Below the pieces are notes generated by a model. The model made no database searches. It worked only from the letters and a program-made list of their open reading frames with translations, and was not told the DNA's origin. This document shows, piece after piece, positions 39,080 to 48,738 of a DNA stretch of 64,000 nt. Both the position numbers and the translations under genes were made by a program. The stretch lies in assembly GCA_965202985.1 (NCBI GenBank), contig CBDBCF010000001.1, forward strand, positions 352,001 to 416,000, written 5' to 3'. The DNA is from Longimicrobiales bacterium. GTDB lineage: Bacteria > Gemmatimonadota > Gemmatimonadetes > Longimicrobiales > Gaopeijiaceae. Within the stretch, counting starts at the first letter, position 1. The number at the start of each line of letters is the position of its first letter.

Positions 39080-42000
39080 CTAGTCCAGCAAGCCCTCCAT
39101 GGCCGCCGAGGCCTCCCATTCCGCGTCGGAGCGGGAGATCCCCTGCCGCTGGTCGCGCGAGAGCCACTTGGCACGGCTTCCCGAAGCGGTGCGCTCGACC
39201 TCCAACACGTGGTCGACCTGCTCGGCGACGGCGCGCACATGGGAGATCACGCCGACCATGCGTCCCTTCGCCGCCACGGTTCCCAGCGCCTCGACGGCGG
39301 CGTCCAGGTTGCTGCGATCCAGGGAGCCGAACCCCTCGTCCAGGAAGAGCGACTCCAGCCGCCCCCCGGAGCGCGCCATCATCTCCACCATCCCAAGGGC
39401 CAGCGCCAGCGACGCGATGAACTGCTCGCCCCCCGACAGGCTGGCCGGCGACCGGGGCTGGCCGGACTCGTCGTCCAGCACTTGCCACTGCACTTCTTCG
39501 TTCTCGGGGTCCACGAACGAGTACTTGCCGCCGCTGATCTCGCCGAGCATTCGAGATGCATGGATCAGCAGGCTGCGCGAGCGTTGCAGGGTCAGCCACT
39601 TGGGGAAGGCGCCGTCCTTGAGGGCCTTGTCCAGGTCGCCGAGGGCGCGTTCCAGATCGCCGGCCTCGTCGAACAGGGCTCGGAGGGCGACGACGTCGTC
39701 CTTGATCGCGGCGAAGTCGTCGCGCTGGCGAGCATTGGTGCGGGCGGCGTAATCCGCGTCGTCGCGGGCGCTGTCGGCTTTGGTCACGACGTCTTCGGGG
39801 GCGGTCGGGAGTTCATCGGGCAGGGAGTCGACAGTTCCCGTTCCTGCGTCGAGCACGGGTTCCGCCTCGAAACGCCGGGCGACCAAGCGGCGGCCCAGCT
39901 CTTCCAAGGCGTCTCGTGCAGCCTGCTCCGCCGCGGCCGCCTCCTTGACGCGCTCTCGAGCGGCTTTGACGACGGCCAACGCGAGGCGGTGCAGGTTCCG
40001 CATCCATTCCTGGTGCACGGCCGGGGCTGTGGCAGAGGGCGCGCCGGGGAGGTCCGCGACGGCCCCCAGCGCGTCGCCCAAGGCTAGTGTGTTGACGGCC
40101 TGGAGCACGTCGTCGCGGTGGGAACCAAGCTTCTCGGCGATGTCGGAGAGGGGGCGACCGACTTCGTCGACCCGACGTCGCGCAAGGGATTCCCGTGCCT
40201 CGTCGGCTTCCTCCATCTCCCGATTGAGCCGTCGCCGTTGCCGCTCCCGATGCTCCAAGACGCGCCCGCGTTCCTGGGCTGCCGCTATGGGGCCGCTGGC
40301 CGCCGACCGATCGATCTTGTCCAGCTGTGCCGGGTCCGTAGGGAGGTCCGCTCGCGGTCGGTACGGCGACGGAGTCTCGTCCACGTTCCGTGCCAGTCGC
40401 GCCAACGCATCGACGGCAGTGCGCCGGGCCGCCTCCGCCAGCTCGTCGGCGCCGTTCGCCTCGGCTTCCGCCGTCGCGGCGTCGTTGGAGAGGCGCGCTT
40501 GCTCTTTCTCCAGGGTCTTGTGCTCGTCGTCGTGCCGGGCCAGCGCATCGGACGCCTCCTGGTGGACAGCCTCCAGCGGGCGAAGCAGCGACTCCATGGA
40601 AGGGAGGAGCGGTGCATCGGCGGCGGGTGCGTCGTTGGAAGCGGCGTCGGGGTCGTCGGAATTGGAGATGTCGTCGGCCGTCCCCGCGAAGAGGTCGCGG
40701 GAGCCGTCCACGAACTCGGCCGCGATCTCCTTCACGGTCGACCTGTACTCTGCCGAGGCTTGCTTTGCATTGGCGCGCGCATCGTTCAGCTGCCTGTCCA
40801 CGGACCGCCACTCTGCACCCACGTTCGCGGCTTTCTGGTCCAACTCCTGGGCGGCCCTCCGCGCATTGCGCGCAACCGCCTCCGCTTCGGCGTGACCGGC
40901 GTCCTCGGGCGGCGACCAGCCCACCGGGAGACCCCGCCGACACACCGGGCAGTCGTCTCCCGCGTGAAGCCCGTGGGCAGCCGCTGCGGCCGCGTTGGCG
41001 CGGTGGGCGTCGGCCAGTCTCTCCTCCGACTCGTCGACGGCCGCCTTGGCCTTCCCTGCTTCATCGGCGGCATTCTCGACCTTGGCCGCCAGTTCAGCCC
41101 GCCGGTCCGCCAGGTCGGCGACCTCCGTCTGCGCCTCGGTGGCCCTGTTCCGCAACCCGTCGCACCTCTGATGCGCAAGGCGTGCATCCTCCCGACGGGC
41201 GCGGGCAGCTTCGCAGGCTTCGGCAAGGGGTCGGCGACGCTGGGCATGGCGCTCCGCCTTCTGCGTCGACTTCTTGGCCGCTTCCTTCGCTTGGCCAGCA
41301 ACCTTGCGCGTGCCTTCAGCCGCTGTCGCCTTCCGGCGCATCTCGCCGGCCGCCTCAACCGCCTCCGCCCCCAAGTCGTCGAAGCTGTTCAGCGCGGCCA
41401 GGGCCGTGGCGACCTCCGTCTGGTCCGGGCCGTCCTCCGACGGGATGCGGGCCAGCTCGTCGCGGAGGCTCGCCCGCTTCCGCTTCCACTTCTCGTCAGC
41501 CTTGTCGATTTCTCGCAAGCGCTCCGCGACGGGCGCGATCTGGGCTTCCGCCTCCTCGATCCGCGACAAACCCGGCTCCACGCGGTCGATCTCCGCCGAG
41601 GCCTGCTTCCGGTCCTTGCGGGCTGCTTCCAGCGAGCGAAACGCCTGGGACGCCTCCTCCGCCAGCCCCGCAGCCTTGTCCGCCTTCTGTCGGGCCGTCG
41701 CAACCGCTTCGCTCAGATGCGCCAAGTGCGCCTCCGGGTCCTCCGGGTGCACGGTCGCCTCTTGTCCAAGCTGCGCTCGAATCTCGACCAGATCCCGCAG
41801 CGCCTCCGACGCAAGCTCGCCAACGGCCTCCAGGTCCCGGGTCGGCCAGAGCCGGCGAAGGACCTTGCTCCGATCGGCGGGTCGGTCCTCCACCAGAAGC
41901 CTCGCGAAGCGGCCCTGCGGCAGGACTACGGTGCGAAGGAAGGCGTCGCTGTCGAGTCCGATCATCCGTTCGACGCGCTCGTTGACCGGCCGAACCTGGT

Positions 42001-42352
42001 CCACGACCTCGAGCGGCTCGCCGTCCTTTCCCAGAAGCCGCAGCCGAGCCCCGGACGGCTTGACTTGGCCCTTTCCGTCCCGACGCAGCGTCCTCACCAC
42101 CTCCCACTCCTGGTCCGACACCTGAAAACGCAGCACGACGCGCATCTTGTCGGAGGTGTCGTTCATCAGGTCCTGGTTTTGCCCGGCGAAGCTGGTCTTG
42201 CCGTAGAGGGCGTAGGTCATCGCCTCCAGGATCGAGGACTTGCCGGCCCCGGTGTCGCCCACGACGGCGATCTGATCCCGGTCGCCGAAGTCGATCTCGA
42301 CCTGCTTGCGGAACGACCGCAGCCCCTCGATGCGCAACGACAGCGGGCGCAC
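39080..42352 (-). CDS. sbcC: SbcC/Rad50 SMC-family ATPase
   Basis: [15 protein letters not shown], central CPVC zinc hook, [17 protein letters not shown]. Confidence 0.92.
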   Translation of the reverse strand: MRPLSLRIEGLRSFRKQVEIDFGDRDQIAVVGDTGAGKSSILEAMTYALYGKTSFAGQNQDLMNDTSDKMRVVLRFQVSDQEWEVVRTLRRDGKGQVKPSGARLRLLGKDGEPLEVVDQVRPVNERVERMIGLDSDAFLRTVVLPQGRFARLLVEDRPADRSKVLRRLWPTRDLEAVGELASEALRDLVEIRAQLGQEATVHPEDPEAHLAHLSEAVATARQKADKAAGLAEEASQAFRSLEAARKDRKQASAEIDRVEPGLSRIEEAEAQIAPVAERLREIDKADEKWKRKRASLRDELARIPSEDGPDQTEVATALAALNSFDDLGAEAVEAAGEMRRKATAAEGTRKVAGQAKEAAKKSTQKAERHAQRRRPLAEACEAARARREDARLAHQRCDGLRNRATEAQTEVADLADRRAELAAKVENAADEAGKAKAAVDESEERLADAHRANAAAAAAHGLHAGDDCPVCRRGLPVGWSPPEDAGHAEAEAVARNARRAAQELDQKAANVGAEWRSVDRQLNDARANAKQASAEYRSTVKEIAAEFVDGSRDLFAGTADDISNSDDPDAASNDAPAADAPLLPSMESLLRPLEAVHQEASDALARHDDEHKTLEKEQARLSNDAATAEAEANGADELAEAARRTAVDALARLARNVDETPSPYRPRADLPTDPAQLDKIDRSAASGPIAAAQERGRVLEHRERQRRRLNREMEEADEARESLARRRVDEVGRPLSDIAEKLGSHRDDVLQAVNTLALGDALGAVADLPGAPSATAPAVHQEWMRNLHRLALAVVKAARERVKEAAAAEQAARDALEELGRRLVARRFEAEPVLDAGTGTVDSLPDELPTAPEDVVTKADSARDDADYAARTNARQRDDFAAIKDDVVALRALFDEAGDLERALGDLDKALKDGAFPKWLTLQRSRSLLIHASRMLGEISGGKYSFVDPENEEVQWQVLDDESGQPRSPASLSGGEQFIASLALALGMVEMMARSGGRLESLFLDEGFGSLDRSNLDAAVEALGTVAAKGRMVGVISHVRAVAEQVDHVLEVERTASGSRAKWLSRDQRQGISRSDAEWEASAAMEGLLD

Positions 42353-42356
42353 CGCG

Positions 42357-43679
42357 TCAGCCCTCCGTTCCCGGCAAACCGCTTCGGCTCCCGACAGAGC
42401 CCGTCGCTCCGCCGGCTCCATTCCGAAGTCGTCCCGTCGCGAGCGCCGCCAGCGTTTCCTTCGCCCGCGCCGTCAAGTCGCCCACGCCGAAGTCGGCTCC
42501 CTCTTCCCGACCGCCCGTTCCCAGCGCCTGGACGAAGAGCGCACGCACCCGCTCGTCGGCCGCCGTGCGCTGTCCCCTGGTCGCCGCCGACCCCCGCCAC
42601 TCCATGAACAAGTCCTCCATCGGCGGCTCGGGGCCGTCGTCGCTCTCGGCCTCCGAGATCGACTTCGCCCGATGGTTCGCAACGTCGTTCGCCACATTGA
42701 ACACGGCGCACTCGGGCGACCACTCGTACAGCTGGTCGGCAAGGTTAGGGATCGGTTCGTCCGACACGACGCGGGCCTTGAGGATGACGTCGTTCAGCCC
42801 CCCGTCCTGGGCCTCGTCCTCCAGCTCGTCCAGCGTGCCTGCGAACTCCCGCAATCGTCGGCCGGGAGGCAGGCGGTGGGACTCGACGTGGACGCCGTCG
42901 TCGTCGATGCGAACTTCGACCGCCATCTTGTCGTGCTTGATCTCCCCGAAGTCCAGCCGCACGAGGGAGCCGGCGTAGCGTCCGGTGGCCGTCCCGCCCG
43001 GCAGGAGCTGGGGGTCGTGGATGTGGCCGAAAGCGCAGTAGAGCGCCCGATCCAGTCCGTCCGTATGCGTGGCGTAGTCCTCGCCGACGGTCAGCCGTCG
43101 CTCCGAGGCGCCGGGCTTGGCCCCGTGAAGGTGCAGGTGCGCCGCGTAGAGGACGATGCCGTCCGACCCCGCCGCTTGTTCCGCTTTGTCGAGAACTCGG
43201 CGGTTCACCGTCCTGATGCCGTCGGCATACGTGCCCTCGAAACGCTCGTGCTGGACGGAAGCGTAGTCCACGATTGCACCGGTGGGGATGAACGGCACGC
43301 ACGCGACCGCGACCGGCTGGTCGGCGATCTCCGGGTACTCCGCCACGGTCGGCTCGACGACCATGCGAAGGCGGTCTCGGCCAGCGGCTCCCGCAAGCTC
43401 GTTGATCACCTCGAAGAGCTTGCGAGAGTCGTGGTTGCCGCGGATCACGAGGGTCGGCGCGACCTCCGCCAGCCGGTTCAGCGCCTGAACCCCCATGCGG
43501 AGCGCCTCGTAGGGCGGCCTGGGGGCGTCGAAGAGGTCGCCGGCGTGGAGGATCAGGTCGGGCCGAACGTCCTGGGCGATGTCGAGCAGGCCCCGCAGGG
43601 CTTCGTGCTGGTCGGGGCCGCGGTCGTGGCGGCCCAGTCGGGCCCCCAAGTGCCAGTCGGACGTGTGAAGGAGGATCAC
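42357..43679 (-). CDS. sbcD: SbcD/Mre11 nuclease
   Basis: HTSDWHLG, AGDLFD, GNHD, FGHIH. Confidence 0.93.
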   Translation of the reverse strand: MILLHTSDWHLGARLGRHDRGPDQHEALRGLLDIAQDVRPDLILHAGDLFDAPRPPYEALRMGVQALNRLAEVAPTLVIRGNHDSRKLFEVINELAGAAGRDRLRMVVEPTVAEYPEIADQPVAVACVPFIPTGAIVDYASVQHERFEGTYADGIRTVNRRVLDKAEQAAGSDGIVLYAAHLHLHGAKPGASERRLTVGEDYATHTDGLDRALYCAFGHIHDPQLLPGGTATGRYAGSLVRLDFGEIKHDKMAVEVRIDDDGVHVESHRLPPGRRLREFAGTLDELEDEAQDGGLNDVILKARVVSDEPIPNLADQLYEWSPECAVFNVANDVANHRAKSISEAESDDGPEPPMEDLFMEWRGSAATRGQRTAADERVRALFVQALGTGGREEGADFGVGDLTARAKETLAALATGRLRNGAGGATGSVGSRSGLPGTEG

Positions 43680-43932
43680 GCGACCAATCTACGGAGGCGA
43701 AGCGACAGGTCAAGCGACGCGGGCGCCGACCCCCGGCGTTTCTTGACTGGAAGCCGCATGCAAAGCCGAGAATTCCCGTAAGTCCTTGTCCATCATGGAC
43801 TTGCTTTCTTGACTGTTTCTTGACTGGGACGGCTGCAGCGGAGCCGGAGGGAGGCGGCTGGGAGCCCGAGAGCCGCCTGCCGGCCCACCGGGGCGCACCG
43901 CTCCCCGAACGAGGTGGTCCGGCAGGAATTGC

Positions 43933-44087
43933 CGGGAGCGACTAGGCGTTCTCGGCAAGAACGCGTCCATGGTCTCCCGGTCTTGCGAGAGGCGGTCGAC
44001 GCGGAGCTGATCGTAGTCGCGAATCCGGAGAACGGCGTGCGGTTGCGCCATTACGTGCCGTTCTGGGCGGTGTCCAAGGAAAGCTGA
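43933..44087 (+). pseudogene. 3'-terminal remnant of an AlbA/HATPase_c_4-type protein
   Basis: Reads RERLGVLGKNASMVSR, then after a 1-nt shift LREAVDAELIVVANPENGVRLRHYVPFWA-stop, resembling the wHTH...YxPFWA C-terminus of that family. Confidence 0.55.
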
Positions 44088-44102
44088 GCAGCAGCGCACC
44101 CC

Positions 44103-45956
44103 TCACAGCTCCAGCCCCCGTCCCCCGTGCGCCCTCAGGTTCGCGGCGATCTCGTCGGCGCGGCGCTTCTCCGCCTCCTCGTCGGCAGCTGCCTCGTCGG
44201 AGTTGGTGGCGAACGGCGGGAAGGGGAAGCGCACCGGGATCGGCTCGGGGACCACGGGCTGGGAGACCACCATCGTGCCCGGCATGAAGCGCGAGGCGCG
44301 GTCCCGCAGCGACGCCGTCAGGAAGCGGTAGGCGTCGGACTCGCCGGCATCCAGGCGGCCGGCCACCTTGATCGAGGCGTTCCGCGGCAAGGCCGGCGCC
44401 ACCGCCGACGCCGCCTGCTGGGCGCCCACCAGCAGCACGCCCAGCGAACGGCCCCGCTCGGCGATGTCCACCAGCAGCTCCTTGAGGGGCGAGTACCCCT
44501 GCGCCGGGGCGTACTTGTTGAGCTCGTCGAGGACCACGAAGCGGAGCGGCTCGCGGCCCGTGCCCTGCTTCTCGTCCCACACCTCGTTGAGGAGCGCGCC
44601 GACGACGAAGCGCTGGGCGTCGGCGTGCAGGGTGGAGATGTCCACCACGTGCATCCTGGCGTTCTCGCGGGAGACGGGGGTCAGGCCGCAGCCGATCAAG
44701 GGACCGACGTGCTTTCGGAGGCGCAGAATCCGGCGGAAGAACGCCTGCTGGGTGCCGCGCTGGGTGTGGCCGAACCACTGCCGCGTCACGTCGTCCTCCT
44801 CCGACGCGATCCGCTCCACCAGCTCCACGAAGTCGCCGAAGTTGCGGATCGGCCGGCCCGCGCCCGCCTGCGCCTCGTCGGGTTCGCGGGCTGCCAGCCG
44901 GTCCGGGTTGTAGCCGGTGTCGGGCGGCACTTTGTCGACGATCACCACCGCCCCGGTCTCGTCGCCGGCCAGCCGCCGGAGCCTGCGCAGCAGCTCGATC
45001 CGAAACTGCTGCTCGACGAAGCCGACCTGGGTCGAGCGCTCGTCTTCGGACGTGAAGCAGAACTGCAGGAGCTGCCGGCGGACGAACTGCTCGGGCGTCC
45101 AGCCGTAGGCTTCCACGTCGGCGGTGTTGCGGCTCCGGACGGCGGGCACGGCGCTCCCGCTCGAGTCGGACGCGCGCGGCGCATAGAGGCGCACCGACTT
45201 GAACGGTCCGGGCTCGGGCACGCCCAGCGCCTCCCACTGCTTGCGCGGCGCCCGTTCCCCGTCGGCGTCCGACTTGGCCGCGAACTCGGAGTTGGGCCGG
45301 TCGATGTGCAGCAGGTCCTCGCCCTTGGTGTTGAACACCAGCGCGCGCACGTTCTCGCGCTTGGACCGGCCGCCCAGCAGCTCCATGCCAGCCGGCGTCT
45401 CCAGCAGCTGGTAGAGCAGGAAGAGCGCATAGGACGTCTTGGTCGCGACGCCGGATATCCCCGAGATCGAGACGTGACCGCCGGAGCGCCCGTCCACGAA
45501 GCGCATGTCGGCGTAAACGGGACTGCCGCCGGCGTCGAGCCCCATGGGCAGCTTGCCGTGCTGCATCTCGTCCTCGAAGAGGGCCAGCGCTCGGTCCTCG
45601 CCGGCCGCCTTGACGACGAGCGAGCCCGCATGGGGCGAAACGAAGCGCTCGGGGACCACGCGCAGGACTCGGACCTCTGCGCGGCGCACATGCTCGGCGG
45701 GGAGCGTGTTGTCGGCGAAGCGCCCGGTGTCCGAAGGGAACTCGGCGCCCTCCAGCCGCGAGAACAGCTCGGTGACGATCCCGTAGTGGGCGACTTGGTC
45801 TCCGTCCGGCAGCTCGGTGGCGACCGAGACCAGGTCGTCCAGCTGCACCACCTTGTCGGAGTCGAGGACGACGTGGAAGGTGCGCGAGTCGCTGTCGGTG
45901 GAGCCGTCGACAAGGCCGATCCGGTGCGGGGCGTCGGCGGTTGGGGACCGGGTCAT
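44103..45956 (-). CDS. herA: HerA-like ATPase (COG0433)
   Basis: HAS-barrel-like N-terminus, variant Walker A SGISGVATKT, VVLDELNKYAP, RGRSLGVLLVGAQQ. Confidence 0.88.
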   Translation of the reverse strand: MTRSPTADAPHRIGLVDGSTDSDSRTFHVVLDSDKVVQLDDLVSVATELPDGDQVAHYGIVTELFSRLEGAEFPSDTGRFADNTLPAEHVRRAEVRVLRVVPERFVSPHAGSLVVKAAGEDRALALFEDEMQHGKLPMGLDAGGSPVYADMRFVDGRSGGHVSISGISGVATKTSYALFLLYQLLETPAGMELLGGRSKRENVRALVFNTKGEDLLHIDRPNSEFAAKSDADGERAPRKQWEALGVPEPGPFKSVRLYAPRASDSSGSAVPAVRSRNTADVEAYGWTPEQFVRRQLLQFCFTSEDERSTQVGFVEQQFRIELLRRLRRLAGDETGAVVIVDKVPPDTGYNPDRLAAREPDEAQAGAGRPIRNFGDFVELVERIASEEDDVTRQWFGHTQRGTQQAFFRRILRLRKHVGPLIGCGLTPVSRENARMHVVDISTLHADAQRFVVGALLNEVWDEKQGTGREPLRFVVLDELNKYAPAQGYSPLKELLVDIAERGRSLGVLLVGAQQAASAVAPALPRNASIKVAGRLDAGESDAYRFLTASLRDRASRFMPGTMVVSQPVVPEPIPVRFPFPPFATNSDEAAADEEAEKRRADEIAANLRAHGGRGLEL

Positions 45957-46978
45957 GGTCGTTGTGCGGGCTCGGGGTGGGGTTGGTTGAGGCGGCGGAC
46001 GACTTCGCGAACAGCGCGCTGGGCCATGCGGGCGCTGCCCAGCAGGCGACGGAGGCGGCGTTCCAGCCCGGCGACGGGCGTCAGGTTGACCGGGGCGCGG
46101 GCGTCTCGATGGAGGGCGGGAACGAACTGAGGAAGCCAGCCGGCCGCTTCGTCCACCACGGCGATTGCGGCGTCGCGTCCGCCCTCGGCGGGAACCTCCA
46201 GCCGCGCGATCCCAGCCCATGCGCCCGCCCACGGCCCGGCCGACCCGACCCGCAGGTAGCAGGCGTACAGCCCCACCTTGGTCCGGAAGAGGCTGGAGCG
46301 CTCGCCGGGGGCCAGCCCGGGTACCATCCGCCACTGCTCCAGGGCGAGCATCCGGCGGTGATGCGTCTTGACGTAGCCGACCAGGCCCGTGCGGGCGTCC
46401 GCGTCGCGCCCGCCGCCGTTGCGGCCCGCGGCCAAGCCGCGCCGGACGGGGTGGAGGGGGCCGTCGAAGACCGTGAGCCGGCCCTCGCCGGAGAGCCGCT
46501 CGGCGATCCTCGCCTCCTGCGCCCGCATCGTGTCGCGCAGGTGGTGGCGGGCCGCGTCCAGGTCCTCCCCCTCGACGGCGAACGGCGCCCAGGACCAGCC
46601 GGCGTCGTGAGGCGGAAGCGCGACCGGTTCTCCGCCGGCGAACACGACCGCGCGGCCCGTGGTCGCACATGCAATCTCCATGGGCCGGTCCTGCTCCGCC
46701 AGCGCGGCGCCCGCCCCCCAGCTTCCCGCCAATCCCATGCGCGTCTCGCCCTCCGCGCCGGTTCGGGTCAGCCGCGCCTCGATCCGCATGACGCCGTCCA
46801 CGAAGCACAGCCGTCGGGGCCGCTGGGCAAGGGGCGGCCTGTGCGCACGAAAGTCGCCCCCGTCCTCCACCACCTCGCACTCCAAGGCTTCGGGCGCGTC
46901 TTCCTGGGCCTCGAACCCCGCGCCGTGGCTTATCTCGAAAGGCTCCACGCCGATGGAGGGGGTTGTGGCCGGCGTCAA
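45953..46978 (-). CDS. nurA: NurA-like nuclease
   Basis: FVDGVMRIE, FDGPL, GYVKTH, DARAPVNLTPVAGLERRLR; overlaps the herA start. Confidence 0.75.
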   Translation of the reverse strand: MTPATTPSIGVEPFEISHGAGFEAQEDAPEALECEVVEDGGDFRAHRPPLAQRPRRLCFVDGVMRIEARLTRTGAEGETRMGLAGSWGAGAALAEQDRPMEIACATTGRAVVFAGGEPVALPPHDAGWSWAPFAVEGEDLDAARHHLRDTMRAQEARIAERLSGEGRLTVFDGPLHPVRRGLAAGRNGGGRDADARTGLVGYVKTHHRRMLALEQWRMVPGLAPGERSSLFRTKVGLYACYLRVGSAGPWAGAWAGIARLEVPAEGGRDAAIAVVDEAAGWLPQFVPALHRDARAPVNLTPVAGLERRLRRLLGSARMAQRAVREVVRRLNQPHPEPAQRP

Positions 46979-46979
46979 G

Positions 46980-48519
46980 TCACGCGCCCCAGACCGCAAT
47001 CTCCATCCCGTTCCGGGCCGTCCGGCTTTTCCGAAACACCTTCTCCTTCCAGCTGCGCTCCTGGCTTCGGTCGAAGACGACCAAGTGCCCCGCCTCCGCT
47101 CCGCAGCGGTCCATGTACGCCGCCGTCTGTTCCACGCCTTCCGCCACCGTCCGCTCCAGACTCCGGCGCTCGTGCCGCACCTTGCACGTACTTGCGCACC
47201 ACCTCGCCCTCCGGCCACTCGATCAGCAGGTCCGCCCGCCGGCGGCCCAGGCCGTGTTCGCGCTCGACCCGCCCGCCGCTGTTCACGACGCGTTGCAGGA
47301 ACGCCTGCAAGAGCAGTTGCGGCCCCGCCTCCTTGTACTCGAAGCGCTCGATCCAGCTCTCCGCGTTCTCTCGAAAGAACTCCTGGAACCGGGCCAGCAA
47401 CTTCTCCAGCCGCAGTCCGCCTTCGGCATCCACGAACCACGCCGGATCGTCCCGAATCTTCAGTTGGGTGGGCCACGTGAGCTGCCGGGGCACCACCTCC
47501 GCGTAGATCGGGTTGGCCATGCGCAGCGGCGCGTCGCGGGCGATCAGCCCCAAGTCCTGCGCGTATTCGATGTCGTCGGCAGTGGACTCGAAGCCGTCGC
47601 CACCGACCAACAGCGGCTCGATCACGCGTCGCACCCGGTTCTCGCGCAACTTGTCCGTCAGCTGGTCCAGGTGCGTGTCGCGACGCAGGATCAGCCTCTC
47701 CGTGGCCTCCAGCACGTCCGCCTCGGTCACGGCACGCGAACGGTCCGTCGCCAAGTCGCCCCGGAAGCATGTCTCGTAGGCCAGCGCGTTGACCAGCCAC
47801 GGCTGGCCTTGGGTCTGGGCCCACATCGCCTCCAGCGCGCCGTCGGCAAACGACTGGCCCGTCTCCTCGACGTGCTGCCCGAGGAGCGCGCGCACTTCGT
47901 CCCGCGAGAAGTCGTCCATGCGCAAGGACTCGGCCTTGATGTTGAACGCGCTGCCGCCGGCGACCATCGTATTCGCCGAACGAACCCCGCACAAGACCAC
48001 GCTCTGGGGAAACCGCTCGGGCCGGTGCGGATAGTCCGCGCGCAGCTGCCGCAACACGGACAACAGCGAATCGCCCACCAGCGCGTCGATTTCGTCGATC
48101 AGCAGCACCAGCGGCTTGTCTTCGGCTTGAGCCCAGCGCGACAACGCCTCGCCCAGCGCACCGGACCCGTGTTCGGCGAAGATTCCGGGCCACGCCTTCG
48201 TCAGATACTCGTCGCCCGTCCGTCTGGCCTGGCGGGCCATTTGACTCAAGATCACCTGCGTCGCCGCCTTCACGTCGTCGCGCATCGCCTGGCCGGCTTC
48301 CACGTTGACGTAGACGCAACGGTACTCTCCTTCCGTGTTCAACAGGGCCTGGAGCGCCAGCAACGCCCACGTCTTCCCCGTCTGTCGGGGCGCGTGAAGC
48401 ACGAAGTACCGCCGCAGATCGATCAGTTGCCGAAGTTCGGCAAGGCTCAATCGGGCAAGCGGCGGGATGCAGTAGTGGTCCTCCACCGTCACCGGACCGG
48501 ACGTGTTGAAGTAGCGCAC
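46980..48519 (-). pseudogene. AAA-like ATPase with C-terminal PD-(D/E)XK-like domain, frameshifted near 47186
   Basis: RYFNTSGP, HAPRQTGKT, LLIDEID, QAFLQRVVN, RRADLLI; the C-terminus CKVR...QTAAYMDRCGAEAGHLVVFDR is in another frame. Confidence 0.82.
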
Positions 48520-48738
48520 CCCCTGTACCCCCCTGCTTCCTGGATTCGCTAATCCTGCCGACCGCGCCCGTCGCAGGTCAAGAGGAAATCGCGCGTCGTG
48601 GCCGACGGTCGCGCCGCTCGCCATCGGCTTCGGCCTGTTGGCCGAGTGCAAAGGCAAGATAGGCGACGAGGCCCGCAACCGGTGGAAGGGGCTGCCCACG
48701 ATCGGGGACGGGCAATCCGCAACCGGGACACCCTAGAG

